Below, piece by piece: positions 62,392 through 64,000 of a DNA stretch of 64,000 nt (the stretch's first letter is position 1; the number at the start of each line of letters is the position of its first letter). Source of the stretch: Octopus sinensis (taxonomy: Eukaryota); contig NC_043023.1 of assembly GCF_006345805.1 (NCBI RefSeq), forward strand, positions 19,654,001 to 19,718,000, written 5' to 3'. Both the position numbers and the translations under genes were made by a program. The notes beneath the pieces were generated by a model. That model saw only the letters and a list, made by a program, of their open reading frames with translations, did no database searches and had not been told where the DNA came from.

Positions 62392-63058
62392 TCATCATCA
62401 TCATCAGCATAATCATAATTGTCGTCGTCATCATCGTCATCATCATCATTGTCAGCGTCATCATCATCATCTTCATGATCGTCATCGTCATCATCATCAT
62501 CATCGTTGTCATCATCGTCATCATCATCATTGTCAGCGTCATCATCATCATCTTCATGATCGTCATCGTCATCATCATCATCATCGTGTCATCATCGTCA
62601 TCATCATCATTGTCAGCGTCATCATCATCATCTTCATGATCGTCATCGTCATCATCATCATCATCGTCGTCATCATCGTCATCATCATCATTGTCAGCGT
62701 CATCATCATCATCGTCGTCATCATCGTCATCATCATCATTGTCAGCGTCATCATCATCATCATCGTCATCATCATCGTCATCATCATCATTGTCAGCGTC
62801 ATCATCATCATCTTCATGATCGTCATCGTCATCATCATTGTCAGCGTCATCATCATAATCATCATCATAATCGTCATCATCATCTTCATGATCGTCATTG
62901 TCGTCATCGTCATCATCATCATTATCAGCGTCATCATCATCATAATTGTCGTCGTCGTCATCATTATCATCATCATAATCATCATTGTCAGCATCAGCAT
63001 CATCATCGTCGTCATCATCATCATCATAATCATCATCACTACCATTACATCATCATCC
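62392..63058. repeat. (CAT)n degenerate trinucleotide repeat filling most of a LIN54 intron
   Basis: Direct inspection. Confidence 0.95.
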
Positions 63059-63295
63059 CCAGTGTCCAACTGGTACAGTTTTTAATCGACCCTGAAGCGA
63101 TGAAAGGCAAAGTCGACCTTGGCGGAATTTGAACTCAGAACGTAACGGCAGACGAAATACGGCTACGCATTTCGCCCAGCGTGCCACCAGTTCTGCCGGC
63201 TTGCCGCCTTCTTCTAGAACTCAGTTTTGCCGACACGGATAAACAACAATGGCAAAAACCTAAGGAAAAAAAATCATAAAACAAAATTTACTTAC

Positions 63296-63367
63296 AGCTT
63301 TAAACACTGAGATTTTGTACAATTACAAGGTTTCCTAGGTCTTGCCCCGGTGGCTTCAATGTTCGTC
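63296..63367 (-). CDS. LIN54: LIN54 (tesmin/TSO1-like CXC domain, DREAM/MuvB subunit), exon starting CXC1
   Basis: Acceptor atttacag|G, donor AAGCT|gtaagt. Encodes TNIEATGARPRKPCNCTKSQCLKL. Confidence 0.9.
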
Positions 63368-63477
63368 CTGTAAATGGTAAATATAGGAAAAATTTTAAAA
63401 GCATATGGAATAATCAGAATTAACAAATTCTTGCAGAGAATAGAGCCAAAAGTTAGCCAGCAGGATGAAGGGAAGAG

Positions 63478-64000
63478 TCTTCTATTATAATTCCATTGAC
63501 ATCTTGGATGTTTTATAGGAATATTAAATCTACCCCAGTATATCACTGCTACTTTATTTTATCAACCCCACAACGATGAAAGGTAAAGTTAGTGTCAGTC
63601 TTCTATTATAATTCCATTGACATCTTGGATGTTTTATAGGAATATTAAATCTACCCCAGTATATCACTGCTACTTTATTTTATCAACCCCACAACAATGA
63701 AAGGTAAAGTTAGTGTTAGGCTTCTATTATAATTCCATTGACATCTTGGATGTTTTATAGGAATATTAAATCTACCCCAGTATATCACTGCTACTTTATT
63801 TTATCAACCCCACAACAATGAAAGGTAAAGTTAGTGTTAGTCTTCTATTATAATTCCATTGACATCTCAGATGTTTTATAGGAATATTAAATCTATCCCA
63901 GTATATCACTGCTACTTTATTTTATCAACCCCACAACAATGAAAGGTAAAGTTAGTGTTAGTCTTCTATTATAATTCCATTGAAATCTTGGATGTTTTAT
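63478..64000. repeat. Tandem array with ~121-bp unit, at least 4 copies, running off the window; partly resembles decayed SINE-C
   Basis: TCTTCTATTATAATTCCATTG recurs at ~63479, 63599, 63720, 63841 and 63962. Confidence 0.9.

Overview
This is a repeat-dense animal genomic window, most likely from a coleoid cephalopod (Octopus-like). That assignment is inferred from the intron-rich genes, tRNA-derived SINE families and microsatellite load, and was not checked against a database. Three protein-coding genes were assembled by hand from GT-AG exons: the last three coding exons of CEP41 (+, 1648-9001), the main coding exon of a TMEM86A/YhhN-family lysoplasmalogenase-like gene (+, 26680-27534, first exon not found), and the CXC-domain and C-terminal exons of LIN54 (-, 63367 down to 54921 or 53369). 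The rest is mobile DNA: at least four tRNA-head SINE families, a 5'-truncated CR1-type LINE, non-autonomous Helitrons, a MITE with GG termini and 8-bp TSDs, several TE-derived tandem arrays, long microsatellites and one 100-N gap. The most interesting observations are (1) type-I hammerhead-ribozyme motifs in inverted or palindromic Penelope-like remnants, one with an intact core at 43429-43491 (-), a mirror-image pair at 32777-32875 and a degenerate pair in a 300-bp palindrome at 51198-51497; (2) a canonical G_GGA_AAC -1 slippery heptamer at the LINE ORF1/ORF2 junction; (3) a TMEM86A C-terminus built from a unit of its downstream tandem repeat; and (4) two recurrent SINE insertion sites inside the MITE. 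All alignments and folds were done by eye, so repeat coordinates are approximate.
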